Below, piece by piece: positions 34,036 to 41,624 of a stretch of DNA of 64,000 bases. The stretch lies in contig JAGCNW010000030.1 in the NCBI GenBank assembly GCA_017645785.1, positions 27,045 to 91,044 on the forward strand. Direction: 5' to 3'. The DNA comes from Treponema sp. (GTDB lineage Bacteria > Spirochaetota > Spirochaetia > Treponematales > Treponemataceae). Numbering within the stretch: the stretch's first letter is position 1; every line of letters begins with the position of its first letter. Position numbers and translations under genes: made by a program. The notes beneath the pieces are model-generated. The model was not told the origin of the DNA and did not search any database. It saw only the letters and a list, made by a program, of their open reading frames with translations.

Positions 34036-34308
34036 ATGGAACAGAAATTAGCGGAGCAAGTTTCGACAAAAGAGATTGTTGAAAGATTGAGAGGAATGTC
34101 AATCGACGACTTAGAGACGAATATGAAGGCTTACACACAATGCTTAAAGAAAATGGTCGAAGACTTCAACGAAAGGTTGGCGCAAATAAGGGCTTCATTC
34201 AAGGACTTGTTCTCTTTTATGGATACGGGCGTCGTTATGGGCGTTTCGCTTAGCGGACACAGTATCGCCGCCACCCTAAGCGGCGACGCTGACTCAATCA
34301 AGGATTGA
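34036..34308 (+). CDS. Hypothetical protein (90 aa)
   Basis: ORF track. Confidence 0.5.
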   Translation: MEQKLAEQVSTKEIVERLRGMSIDDLETNMKAYTQCLKKMVEDFNERLAQIRASFKDLFSFMDTGVVMGVSLSGHSIAATLSGDADSIKD

Positions 34309-34339
34309 GTCAAGCAACTCCAAGAGTCTTTGAAGGAGT

Positions 34340-34528
34340 GTGAGAATGCTTGAGTTTACGGAAGACAATGTAAGATACACAGCCGACAAAGGCTGGGCTA
34401 GAGCCGACGACTTGAATAAAAAAGGCGTTTGCCGATGGGAGGCGCAAAGGGTGTTCGTCAAAGAGCGTCCGACAAAGGAAAAGGTCGTGGCCTTGCATAA
34501 GGCGTTCTTAAAAGGTTTGGAGGACTAA
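34340..34528 (+). CDS. Small hypothetical protein (62 aa)
   Basis: ORF track. Confidence 0.45.
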   Translation: MRMLEFTEDNVRYTADKGWARADDLNKKGVCRWEAQRVFVKERPTKEKVVALHKAFLKGLED

Positions 34529-34530
34529 AA

Positions 34531-34776
34531 ATGAAACAGGTTGGGTGGGCTTTGTTTTTTGCCATTATGATATTGGGCCAAGTGTTCATAGTGATTACCT
34601 TGGCGGAAAGGAAGAACAGGGAAGACCGGTTGGCGGATATTGAGGAGCAGACCGCTCTTATGAACAACCAAGCGGCGGCCTTGAACTTGGAGACGGAGAA
34701 ACTAAGGAACCATTATTACAATGTTCTGCAACATTCTGACTTGTTTCCCAGCGATAGTTACGGAAAGGAGAAATAG
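34531..34776 (+). CDS. Small membrane protein (81 aa)
   Basis: ORF track. N-terminal TM segment plus coiled coil. Confidence 0.5.
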   Translation: MKQVGWALFFAIMILGQVFIVITLAERKNREDRLADIEEQTALMNNQAAALNLETEKLRNHYYNVLQHSDLFPSDSYGKEK

Positions 34777-34778
34777 TT

Positions 34779-35558
34779 ATGGAAATTGAATTGGAAAAAC
34801 TAAAGAAATTGGAACACGCCCTGTGCGACGCGATAGATATTTTGTGTGATTGGCAGGTTGAGGAAGCGAAGCCGAAAGAAGCAAAGTGGATTGCCTATCT
34901 TGCCAGAAAGCCGCTCGAGGGCAAGAGCTGTTATTTGACAGCATGCAAAGAATACGCTTGGGAGACGGCACAAGAATTATTTGCCGCCAAGACTAAATTG
35001 TTTGTCGGCTCTGAAAGCGAAGTTGTAGAGTGGTATAGAGCAAGGCGAAAGTTTGCCCAAGTTATCAAGGATTGGGAAGACGGGAAAGAACTTCAATTTA
35101 GACCTAACGACAACTATTTGAGTTGGCAAGAATGCGCAAATCCAAGTTGGGACCCAGCCTTTCAATACCGCGTCAAGCCTGAATGCCCTTGCGCTGACGG
35201 CATAGACTCTAAGGCCTGCGTCGGTTGCGAGCACAGCGAGGACGGTAAGCCGAGAATAAACAAAAATTACGCGAAAGGCGCTTGCAAGGATTGCTTGGAA
35301 AGAAAGAAATACCGCCCATACATCAACTCTGCTGAGATGATAGCGGACTTTATTGATAGATTCAAGGTCAACTGTCCGTCATACTGCAAGCCGTTGATTT
35401 GGGTAAGGTTGAAGGTTGACAAAAGGGAACGGCTTATTGTCGCTTTTGGAACTAACTTTGTTGAAGTCGGCAACAAGGCAAAGGCTGTTTCTTTGCAAAA
35501 GTTGTTTGAGGATTACGAGTTTTTGGACGGCAGAACAGTAGGGGTTAAAAATGAATGA
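34779..35558 (+). CDS. Hypothetical Cys-containing protein (259 aa)
   Basis: ORF track. Confidence 0.55.
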   Translation: MEIELEKLKKLEHALCDAIDILCDWQVEEAKPKEAKWIAYLARKPLEGKSCYLTACKEYAWETAQELFAAKTKLFVGSESEVVEWYRARRKFAQVIKDWEDGKELQFRPNDNYLSWQECANPSWDPAFQYRVKPECPCADGIDSKACVGCEHSEDGKPRINKNYAKGACKDCLERKKYRPYINSAEMIADFIDRFKVNCPSYCKPLIWVRLKVDKRERLIVAFGTNFVEVGNKAKAVSLQKLFEDYEFLDGRTVGVKNE

Positions 35559-35901
35559 GAGGGAGAAGTGCGAACTGCTCGGAATCATTCAAGGCAAGGA
35601 CAAGGCGATTTCCGACTTGAAAAAAGAAAATGCGGAACTAAAAGAACAGAACGCCAACCTTATCGCTATGTTAAAATCCGAGCGTGAAGTTAGGGTAAAC
35701 GACGACTACTTAAAAGGCATTTGCGAATTGGAAGGCAAGGTTGAAGATTGGACGAGCGAGTATTACGAGCTTGAAAACTTTATGAACAACAAACTTTCCG
35801 AGGCAAAGAAAATTATCAAAGAATTACTAGACTTTGATTTTTTACCAGAGAATGAGATTAAGAAACAAGCAGAGCAATTTTTAAGCGAGGTGAAGGAATG
35901 A
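35551..35901 (+). CDS. Hypothetical coiled-coil protein (116 aa)
   Basis: ORF track. Confidence 0.55.
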   Translation: MNEREKCELLGIIQGKDKAISDLKKENAELKEQNANLIAMLKSEREVRVNDDYLKGICELEGKVEDWTSEYYELENFMNNKLSEAKKIIKELLDFDFLPENEIKKQAEQFLSEVKE

Positions 35902-36068
35902 CAAAAGGTAGGGTAAGTGAAAATACTATGTGTTCAGACACCTGTGAACACGCGCGCTATATCGAAGAAGGGGATTTCATTTGCGCCATCACCGAGAATG
36001 TCACAATCGTTAGGTTTTGTCCTATGGAATGCCAGTGTCCTAATAAGCGTAAGGAGGTGAAGGAATGA
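35898..36068 (+). CDS. Small Cys-rich protein (56 aa)
   Basis: Own translation: CSDTCEHARYIEEGDFICAI...FCPMECQCP. ATGA-coupled on both sides. Confidence 0.35.
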   Translation: MTKGRVSENTMCSDTCEHARYIEEGDFICAITENVTIVRFCPMECQCPNKRKEVKE

Positions 36069-36382
36069 CAGACGAAGAAATGGCAGAAGAATACGCTCAT
36101 AATCATCTTTATTATGAAGTTGCAAAAAGAGAAGATGGAACAGAGTATGCCAAAGAAGTAAGCAACGTGACTATTAAACATGCCTTTCTTGCAGGGCTTG
36201 AAGCGGGCAGACCGAAGTGGCACAAGGTCGATGACGGAGATTTGCCGGGGGAGGACACCGAAGTTCTTGCGGCATTGGCAGATAAAGAAATCTATATGTC
36301 GCATTTTTACAGAAGAAATGTGTGGGATAAAATAGGGCCAGTTGTCGCTTGGTGCGAAATCCCGCAATACACGGAGGAGTGA
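36065..36382 (+). CDS. DUF551-like protein
   Basis: C-terminal KWHKVDDGDLPGEDTEVLA...VVAWCEIPQY. N-terminal EEMAEEYA...FLAGLEAG module shared with 36614 and 37395. Confidence 0.5.
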   Translation: MTDEEMAEEYAHNHLYYEVAKREDGTEYAKEVSNVTIKHAFLAGLEAGRPKWHKVDDGDLPGEDTEVLAALADKEIYMSHFYRRNVWDKIGPVVAWCEIPQYTEE

Positions 36383-36385
36383 ATT

Positions 36386-36610
36386 ATGACAGGAAATACA
36401 AGATATGTAGGCTTGCACAGTTGCGGAGCTAAGTTGAAATCCTATTACATAGACGGAAAGGAACTTGTTGATTATAAAGGCAAGACTTATGAAGTTGGAT
36501 GTGAAACTTGTGATAACCACGATGCAGACAGTTGCTGTTCTTGTGGATTAGGTATGGAAAGCTACTCGTTGAACACAAGTAGTGACGCACTCTCTATAAG
36601 TAAGGAGTGA
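36386..36610 (+). CDS. Small Cys-rich protein (74 aa)
   Basis: ORF track. Confidence 0.45.
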   Translation: MTGNTRYVGLHSCGAKLKSYYIDGKELVDYKGKTYEVGCETCDNHDADSCCSCGLGMESYSLNTSSDALSISKE

Positions 36611-36613
36611 ATT

Positions 36614-36889
36614 ATGTTTAAGAAAGAAGCAGAAGTATACGCAACACAATTTAATTTTTACAAGCAGATATTCGCCAAAAAGAACTTTCTTGCAGGCGCG
36701 GAGTTCGGCTATAACAAAGGCTATCACGATGCAGAAGAACACTATATGGATGTGATAGACAATCAACATAAACTTGTAGACGAAAGCAAGAAAAAACACC
36801 TTGAGTATGCCAAGACAATCATTCAAGACTTGCTGGACAACTCTGACGAATACGCGAGGCAAAGGGCCATGGACTTTTTGGATGAGTAA
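36614..36889 (+). CDS. Hypothetical protein sharing the N-terminal module with the DUF551-like genes
   Basis: MFKKEAEVYA...FLAGAEFGYNKGY. Confidence 0.5.
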   Translation: MFKKEAEVYATQFNFYKQIFAKKNFLAGAEFGYNKGYHDAEEHYMDVIDNQHKLVDESKKKHLEYAKTIIQDLLDNSDEYARQRAMDFLDE

Positions 36890-36891
36890 AT

Positions 36892-37092
36892 ATGACAGAC
36901 AATGAAAAACTGCAAACAATCAAACAATGGATTGATGAAGCAATTAGTCAAGGAAATAAAACAATATTAGTTATGGCTATAAAATCAATCCTTCTTGAAA
37001 AAGGAGAAGATGAAATAGAAATCGGGTATGGTGCAAAATTAAAACTTACAGAAAAAAGCAAGAAAATATTAAAGGATAAGGAGTCAATATGA
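36892..37092 (+). CDS. Small hypothetical protein (66 aa)
   Basis: ORF track. Confidence 0.45.
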   Translation: MTDNEKLQTIKQWIDEAISQGNKTILVMAIKSILLEKGEDEIEIGYGAKLKLTEKSKKILKDKESI

Positions 37093-37373
37093 CAGACGCA
37101 GACAAGAAGCTATACGACAAGGCGGTTGACGATTTGCGGAGCATAGCGAGCGGAACGCCGGAAGAAATTGACGCTATGACTACGCCGTGGATTGCGGGTT
37201 ACCGAAAGGGAATAGAGGAAATGAAAAAGGAGGCTTGCGAGTTCGCTATCTTGAAAACGACAATCTTGAAACTTCGCAACTGTATGAATTGCAAGTATAG
37301 GGATACAAGGGGCTATTCTAGTTGCAAGGATAAGGGCATTGTTTTATGTAGTCATTGGGAGATGAAGGAATGA
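37089..37373 (+). CDS. Hypothetical protein (94 aa), Cys-rich C-terminus
   Basis: ORF track. Contains LRNCMNCKY...SCKDKGIVLCSHWE. Confidence 0.5.
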   Translation: MTDADKKLYDKAVDDLRSIASGTPEEIDAMTTPWIAGYRKGIEEMKKEACEFAILKTTILKLRNCMNCKYRDTRGYSSCKDKGIVLCSHWEMKE

Positions 37374-37394
37374 CAGGGCTTCAAGGAGTGAATT

Positions 37395-37751
37395 ATGTTT
37401 GAGACGGAAGCAGAAGAATATGCGTCTACAGGTAGATTATCTAAATCTACTCATTTTTTTGGTGTCAAGGCTATATCTTTCAAAGACGGCGCGGAGTTCG
37501 GCTACCAAGAAGGCTTGAAGGCCAAGATAAACGCTACGACCATATCCGACTGTCCGATTAAGGATGAGTGGCATAGGCTGGGTAAGAACCCAAACGACTT
37601 GCCCGATGAGGATGTTCCTGTTTTATGCGTGAGGGGCAGCAATATTTATGTCGCTTGGTATAGCAATAACGAATGGCGAGGGACAAGGTGGGAGCAAGTG
37701 AAGAAGCCTTACGCTTGGAAGGAAATTGAATTGCCAAAGGAGAAAGAATGA
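37395..37751 (+). CDS. DUF551-like protein
   Basis: MFETEAEEYA...DGAEFGYQEG, then EWHRLGKNPNDLPDEDVPVLC...YAWKEIELP. Confidence 0.5.
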   Translation: MFETEAEEYASTGRLSKSTHFFGVKAISFKDGAEFGYQEGLKAKINATTISDCPIKDEWHRLGKNPNDLPDEDVPVLCVRGSNIYVAWYSNNEWRGTRWEQVKKPYAWKEIELPKEKE

Positions 37752-37921
37752 ATACATCAAGTGCAATAGATTTTGACAAAATTCAAAAGCAGTATTTTCA
37801 ATTATGCGAAGCAAGAGAAATCATCGCTTTGATAATAGGCGAATACAGGGATAAAGGTAGGGTTGAGTGTTCAACAATAGAGCGTGGCGAATTGTTGTTA
37901 AAAAATGATGTCACTGTGTAA
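37748..37921 (+). CDS. Small hypothetical protein (57 aa)
   Basis: Own translation. ATGA-coupled. Confidence 0.3.
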   Translation: MNTSSAIDFDKIQKQYFQLCEAREIIALIIGEYRDKGRVECSTIERGELLLKNDVTV

Positions 37922-37933
37922 CGAGAGGAGTGA

Positions 37934-38128
37934 ATGAAGAACAAAACGAAAAGAACTTGCGGTAATTGCATTTGCTACCTTGACGATACCGACGAAAACG
38001 GCAACGTGACAAATTATCATCATGACAGGAACAAGCCCACTGGGTTTTGCGCCATTCAACCGTTGTTCACGGAAAGAAAACAAGACGCAAAACCTTGCAA
38101 GGAATATGTATACGACAAGGAGGATTGA
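37934..38128 (+). CDS. Small Cys-rich protein (64 aa)
   Basis: ORF track. Contains CGNCICYLDD...FCAIQP...PCKEY. Confidence 0.45.
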   Translation: MKNKTKRTCGNCICYLDDTDENGNVTNYHHDRNKPTGFCAIQPLFTERKQDAKPCKEYVYDKED

Positions 38129-38172
38129 AATTATGTTGACATTTCCGTTGAAGAAACAGCGGAATTGGATTT

Positions 38173-38346
38173 GTGGGAGCGCTGACAATAGCGTTCATAG
38201 TCTTGAAACTCACCAAAGTAATCGATTGGTCTTGGGGATGGGTTCTGCCTCCGATATGGATTACCGCGGGGGTTGTTGTGCTGATTTTATTAGCATTGGG
38301 AATCTTAACATTTTTAGAGGAGAAGAAAAATGAAAAGAAACGTTAA
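38173..38346 (+). CDS. Small membrane protein (57 aa, GTG start)
   Basis: Own translation: VGALTIAFIVLKLTKVIDWSWGWVLPPIWITAGVVVLILLALGILTF. This W-rich TM pattern is common in small phage membrane proteins. The competing track ORF 38022..38333 looks non-protein-like. Confidence 0.4.
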   Translation: MGALTIAFIVLKLTKVIDWSWGWVLPPIWITAGVVVLILLALGILTFLEEKKNEKKR

Positions 38347-38527
38347 GGAAGTCATTGAGGATTTGCTGAAAATCCAAAAGAGAAATGTCGGGGACGACTA
38401 TATGGCCGGTATGTATAACGGAATGGTTGTCGTTTACAACAGTTTGAAGGAACTGAACTTGATTGACGCCAAAAGGGTTAAATCTCTGTTGGTGAAAGAC
38501 TTGAAAACAAAGAAATGGGGGCGTTAA
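38330..38527 (+). CDS. Small hypothetical protein (65 aa)
   Basis: ORF track. Confidence 0.45.
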   Translation: MKRNVKEVIEDLLKIQKRNVGDDYMAGMYNGMVVVYNSLKELNLIDAKRVKSLLVKDLKTKKWGR

Positions 38528-38528
38528 A

Positions 38529-39002
38529 GTGAAAGTCAAAGTTAAGTTGTTTGAAGGCGGAGTAATGCCCGAAAAGATGCATATCGACGACGCGGCGTTT
38601 GACTGCTACGCAAGATTGGACGAAGATGTGGAAATTGAAGTTGGGACTAGAACGAAAATTCCTCTTGGATTCGCTTTGGAGTTGCCTAAAGGGTGGGAGG
38701 CTGTGATTCGCCCTAGAAGCGGGCTTACGCTGAAATGTATTGATAACGGAATAGGGACTATCGACGCCAATTTTCGTGGCGAAGTATGCGCGGTTGTTAT
38801 CAACAATAATTTTCACGCGCCAAACGTTGTAAATAATGAGTATAAAGGTCTTTTGCAACAAGAACGTTTTATCGTCCATAACGGCGACCGCATTTGCCAA
38901 ATGGTCATTAAGAAACTTGACGAAGTTGAGTTGGTTGAAGCGGAAGAACTTACCGAGACTGAGCGAGGAGAAGACGGTTTCGGCAGTTCGGGCATAAGAT
39001 AA
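38529..39002 (+). CDS. dut: dUTPase (trimeric type)
   Basis: IRPRSGL, GTIDANFRGEV, GDRICQMVI and TERGEDGFGSSG motifs. Confidence 0.85.
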   Translation: MKVKVKLFEGGVMPEKMHIDDAAFDCYARLDEDVEIEVGTRTKIPLGFALELPKGWEAVIRPRSGLTLKCIDNGIGTIDANFRGEVCAVVINNNFHAPNVVNNEYKGLLQQERFIVHNGDRICQMVIKKLDEVELVEAEELTETERGEDGFGSSGIR

Positions 39003-39008
39003 AATACA

Positions 39009-39044
39009 CTCAATGGACTGAGATTTTTCACTCAGTCCATTGAG
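39009..39044 (+). other. Perfect 14-bp-stem hairpin after dut (no T-run)
   Basis: CTCAATGGACTGAG-atttttca-CTCAGTCCATTGAG read directly. Confidence 0.5.
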
Positions 39045-39056
39045 CAAGGAGCGGAT

Positions 39057-39308
39057 ATGACTTACGAAGAATTGTTAGAATTACACCCTTATTTAAAAGA
39101 AATGAGAATTGGGTTATCAGATGACGACGAAACGCTGGCAAGGTGTGTTTTTGAGAGTTGCAATAAGCAAGTTGAGTCGCAGAAAGCCGTAATCAATTTT
39201 CTCAAAAAGGAACTGCAAAAGAAAACTTACTGCCGCCAAGTTATGAAGCGACAGTATAGGGAATTGAAGCAGAAATACGAAGCGTTGAAAAACAAGGAGA
39301 AGGTATGA
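39057..39308 (+). CDS. Hypothetical protein (83 aa)
   Basis: ORF track. Confidence 0.5.
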   Translation: MTYEELLELHPYLKEMRIGLSDDDETLARCVFESCNKQVESQKAVINFLKKELQKKTYCRQVMKRQYRELKQKYEALKNKEKV

Positions 39309-39832
39309 GACATTTTATTATCGTCGATATGCAGAAGGATTTCGTGACAGGGCCGTTGGGAACGCCCGAAGCGAAAAAGATTGTTCCCAAAATCAAGAAG
39401 CGCTTGGAGAAAGCAAGGGAAGACGGCTCAAGGATTTACTTCACGCAAGACGCCCACACTTTAAACTACCTTAAAACGCTTGAAGGAAAGAAACTGCCTG
39501 TTCCGCACTGCGTCGTGGGAACGAAAGGCTTCGACATTGTGGACGAGCTTCCGCCGTTGAAACGAAAGGAAACTTTGATACTTAAGAACCAATTCGGCTA
39601 CGCTGATTGGTATAGAAAAATAAATCCGGGCGACACGGTTACAATATGCGGCGTGTGCACGGACATTTGCGTAGTGTCGAACGCCTTGCTCATCAAGGCT
39701 ATTGGCGAAGTGAACGTCAAGATTTTGGCTGACTGTTGCGCGGGAACTACGCCCGAAGCGCACGAAGCGGCTCTTACGGTAATGCAAAATTGCCAATGCG
39801 AGATAGTGGGGTGGAAAAAAGAGGGGAAATGA
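39305..39832 (+). CDS. pncA: Isochorismatase-fold nicotinamidase (PncA-like)
   Basis: VDMQKDF, TQDAHT...PVPHCVVGTKG and TICGVCTDICVVSNA match the nicotinamidase Asp, metal-site and Cys signatures (memory). Confidence 0.65.
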   Translation: MRHFIIVDMQKDFVTGPLGTPEAKKIVPKIKKRLEKAREDGSRIYFTQDAHTLNYLKTLEGKKLPVPHCVVGTKGFDIVDELPPLKRKETLILKNQFGYADWYRKINPGDTVTICGVCTDICVVSNALLIKAIGEVNVKILADCCAGTTPEAHEAALTVMQNCQCEIVGWKKEGK

Positions 39833-40035
39833 TGAAAAAGAATTGTAATTGCATAGTGTGCCGTTTTGAAAGAAAAGAACTCGACACATTAGAGTATGTT
39901 CAAGGGCTTGGCAAACTTATGTTTGTAGCCGTAAAAGACAGATGTCTTACCAATGTTGAAGAAGGTAAAATGCAGGCGGCAACGGCGAAAGCAATAATTG
40001 ATTACCTTGAAAAAACTTGCGGAGAAGAGAAATGA
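39829..40035 (+). CDS. Small hypothetical protein (68 aa)
   Basis: Track frame. Start at MMKKNC overlapping the upstream stop. Confidence 0.45.
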   Translation: MMKKNCNCIVCRFERKELDTLEYVQGLGKLMFVAVKDRCLTNVEEGKMQAATAKAIIDYLEKTCGEEK

Positions 40036-40280
40036 AAATACGGCAGGAAGATTCCACTCCGATTGGAGACTGGTTTCACAACAACGGAGTTCAAAGTGTG
40101 TTTGAAAGCGTCAAAAATCAAGTTGACGAGTTCGACGTGGACACGGAACGGCTCGCCAACGAGTGCGACATTCTCATAAACCTTTTGAAAGGTTTGAAAG
40201 GGCAGGTTAAGAAAGTTGAGGCGGCTTGGCAGAAAAGCCAAACGCAAAAAAAGATTATGGAGGCTTTTTGTGAGAGTTGA
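40032..40280 (+). CDS. Small hypothetical protein (82 aa)
   Basis: Track frame. ATGA-coupled. Confidence 0.45.
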   Translation: MKIRQEDSTPIGDWFHNNGVQSVFESVKNQVDEFDVDTERLANECDILINLLKGLKGQVKKVEAAWQKSQTQKKIMEAFCES

Positions 40281-40284
40281 GGTT

Positions 40285-40815
40285 ATGCATAGTCCAGAAG
40301 AAAGAGACTGGTTCGGAGTTCGTAGAAGAGCATTGGTTACTGTCGGAAAATTGCCAAATCCAGACAAAAAGACTGACTTTGAATGGCAGAAGAAAATGCT
40401 TAGGTGCAGACATTCGCCAATCCGTTACTTGAGGTTTTCATTTTTGTTGAAAGACATTCCGTATTGGGTGCACGCTGAATTATGTAGACATCATATAGGA
40501 ATTGAAAAATATGTGAAAAGTCAAAGGGACGACAGAAATAACAACGACATTCCGCGCTCTGAAAAACCGCAAGGTGCGTTGGTTGATATGATTGTCGATG
40601 TAAATGCGGAAGCTCTTATGACTTTAATGAATAAAAGGTTGTGCGGGTGCGCGACAAAAGAAATGCAGGAACTTATGTTGTTGATACGAAAAGAAGTAAT
40701 CTGGAAGAATCCAGAGTTTACGGATTTTCTCGTTCCTATGTGTGAATATCAACACGAATGTAAAGAGTGTTGTCCGTGCAATCATAAAGCATTGTATTTT
40801 TGTGAGGCTAAATGA
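40285..40815 (+). CDS. Divergent, short ThyX-like (flavin-dependent thymidylate synthase-like) protein
   Basis: HSPIRYLRFSFLLKDIPYWVHAELCRHHIGIEKYVKSQR resembles the ThyX core but has RHH instead of RHR. NKRLCGCATKEMQELM resembles the later R.C..AQ.EI segment. Confidence 0.5.
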   Translation: MHSPEERDWFGVRRRALVTVGKLPNPDKKTDFEWQKKMLRCRHSPIRYLRFSFLLKDIPYWVHAELCRHHIGIEKYVKSQRDDRNNNDIPRSEKPQGALVDMIVDVNAEALMTLMNKRLCGCATKEMQELMLLIRKEVIWKNPEFTDFLVPMCEYQHECKECCPCNHKALYFCEAK

Positions 40816-41624
40816 AAACTTATAAAATTTATATTCATATAAATAAAAAAAATGGCAAGGTTTACGTTGGACAAACAAATAGAAGTAATATAAACAATCG
40901 CTTTGGGAAAAATGGAACTCACTATTACGATTGTCCAAGGTTCGGTAATGCTATAAAAAAATATGGCTGGAATAATTTTTGTCATTTAATTCTTGAAGAC
41001 AACATTTCGGAATCAGAAGTTGATTATAAAGAGCGCTTTTATATAAAGCTATATCATTCAACTGACAAAAAATATGGATATAATATTTCTGATGGAGGTT
41101 GTTTCTTTAAGGTAATTCCGATTGAAACGAGACAAAAAATAAGCAAAACATTAAAGGGGAGGCCATCTAAAAATTTGGGAAGACATCACACCGAAGAAAC
41201 AAAAAGAAAAATATCTGAGAAGAAAAAAGGTGTTAGCGTTCCAAACAATATTGTGTGGACAAAAGAAATGAGAGAGAGACAAAGCAAAAAATTAAAAGGA
41301 CACAAAATGCCAATGTCTGCAATCGAAAAACTTAAAAAATATTCTGGAAAAAATGCGGTGTGGTATGGCAGGCATCATACGAAAGAAACAAAGGAAAAGT
41401 TACGTCAGTATTGCGGCGAAAAAAGTTCGTTTTATGGGAAAAAGCATACTCAAGAATACAAGGATTATATGAGTAAAAAGGTTTCCGGTGTGAACAACCA
41501 AGCCTACGGGAAACATTGGTATACAAACGGGGAAGTAAACGCATTTACTTATGTATGTCCTATGGGTTATTGGAAAGGAATAACAAAGAAAAATAGCGAA
41601 AAAAAGAAAATTTTTTCTAATTAA
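40812..41624 (+). mobile_element. Free-standing GIY-YIG homing endonuclease with NUMOD3-like repeats
   Basis: YKIYIHINKKNGKVYVGQT, plus repeated GRHHTEETKRKIS, GRHHTKETKEKL and GKKHTQEYKDYM. Looks AT-rich versus its flanks. ATGA-overlaps the thyX-like stop. Confidence 0.75.

Noticed and set aside
39009-39044. The 14-bp perfect hairpin after dut, considered as a rho-independent terminator.
   Set aside because: There is no T-run after the stem, and the next gene's SD follows immediately. I kept it only as a hairpin of unknown role (processing or stability element, or a protein-binding palindrome).
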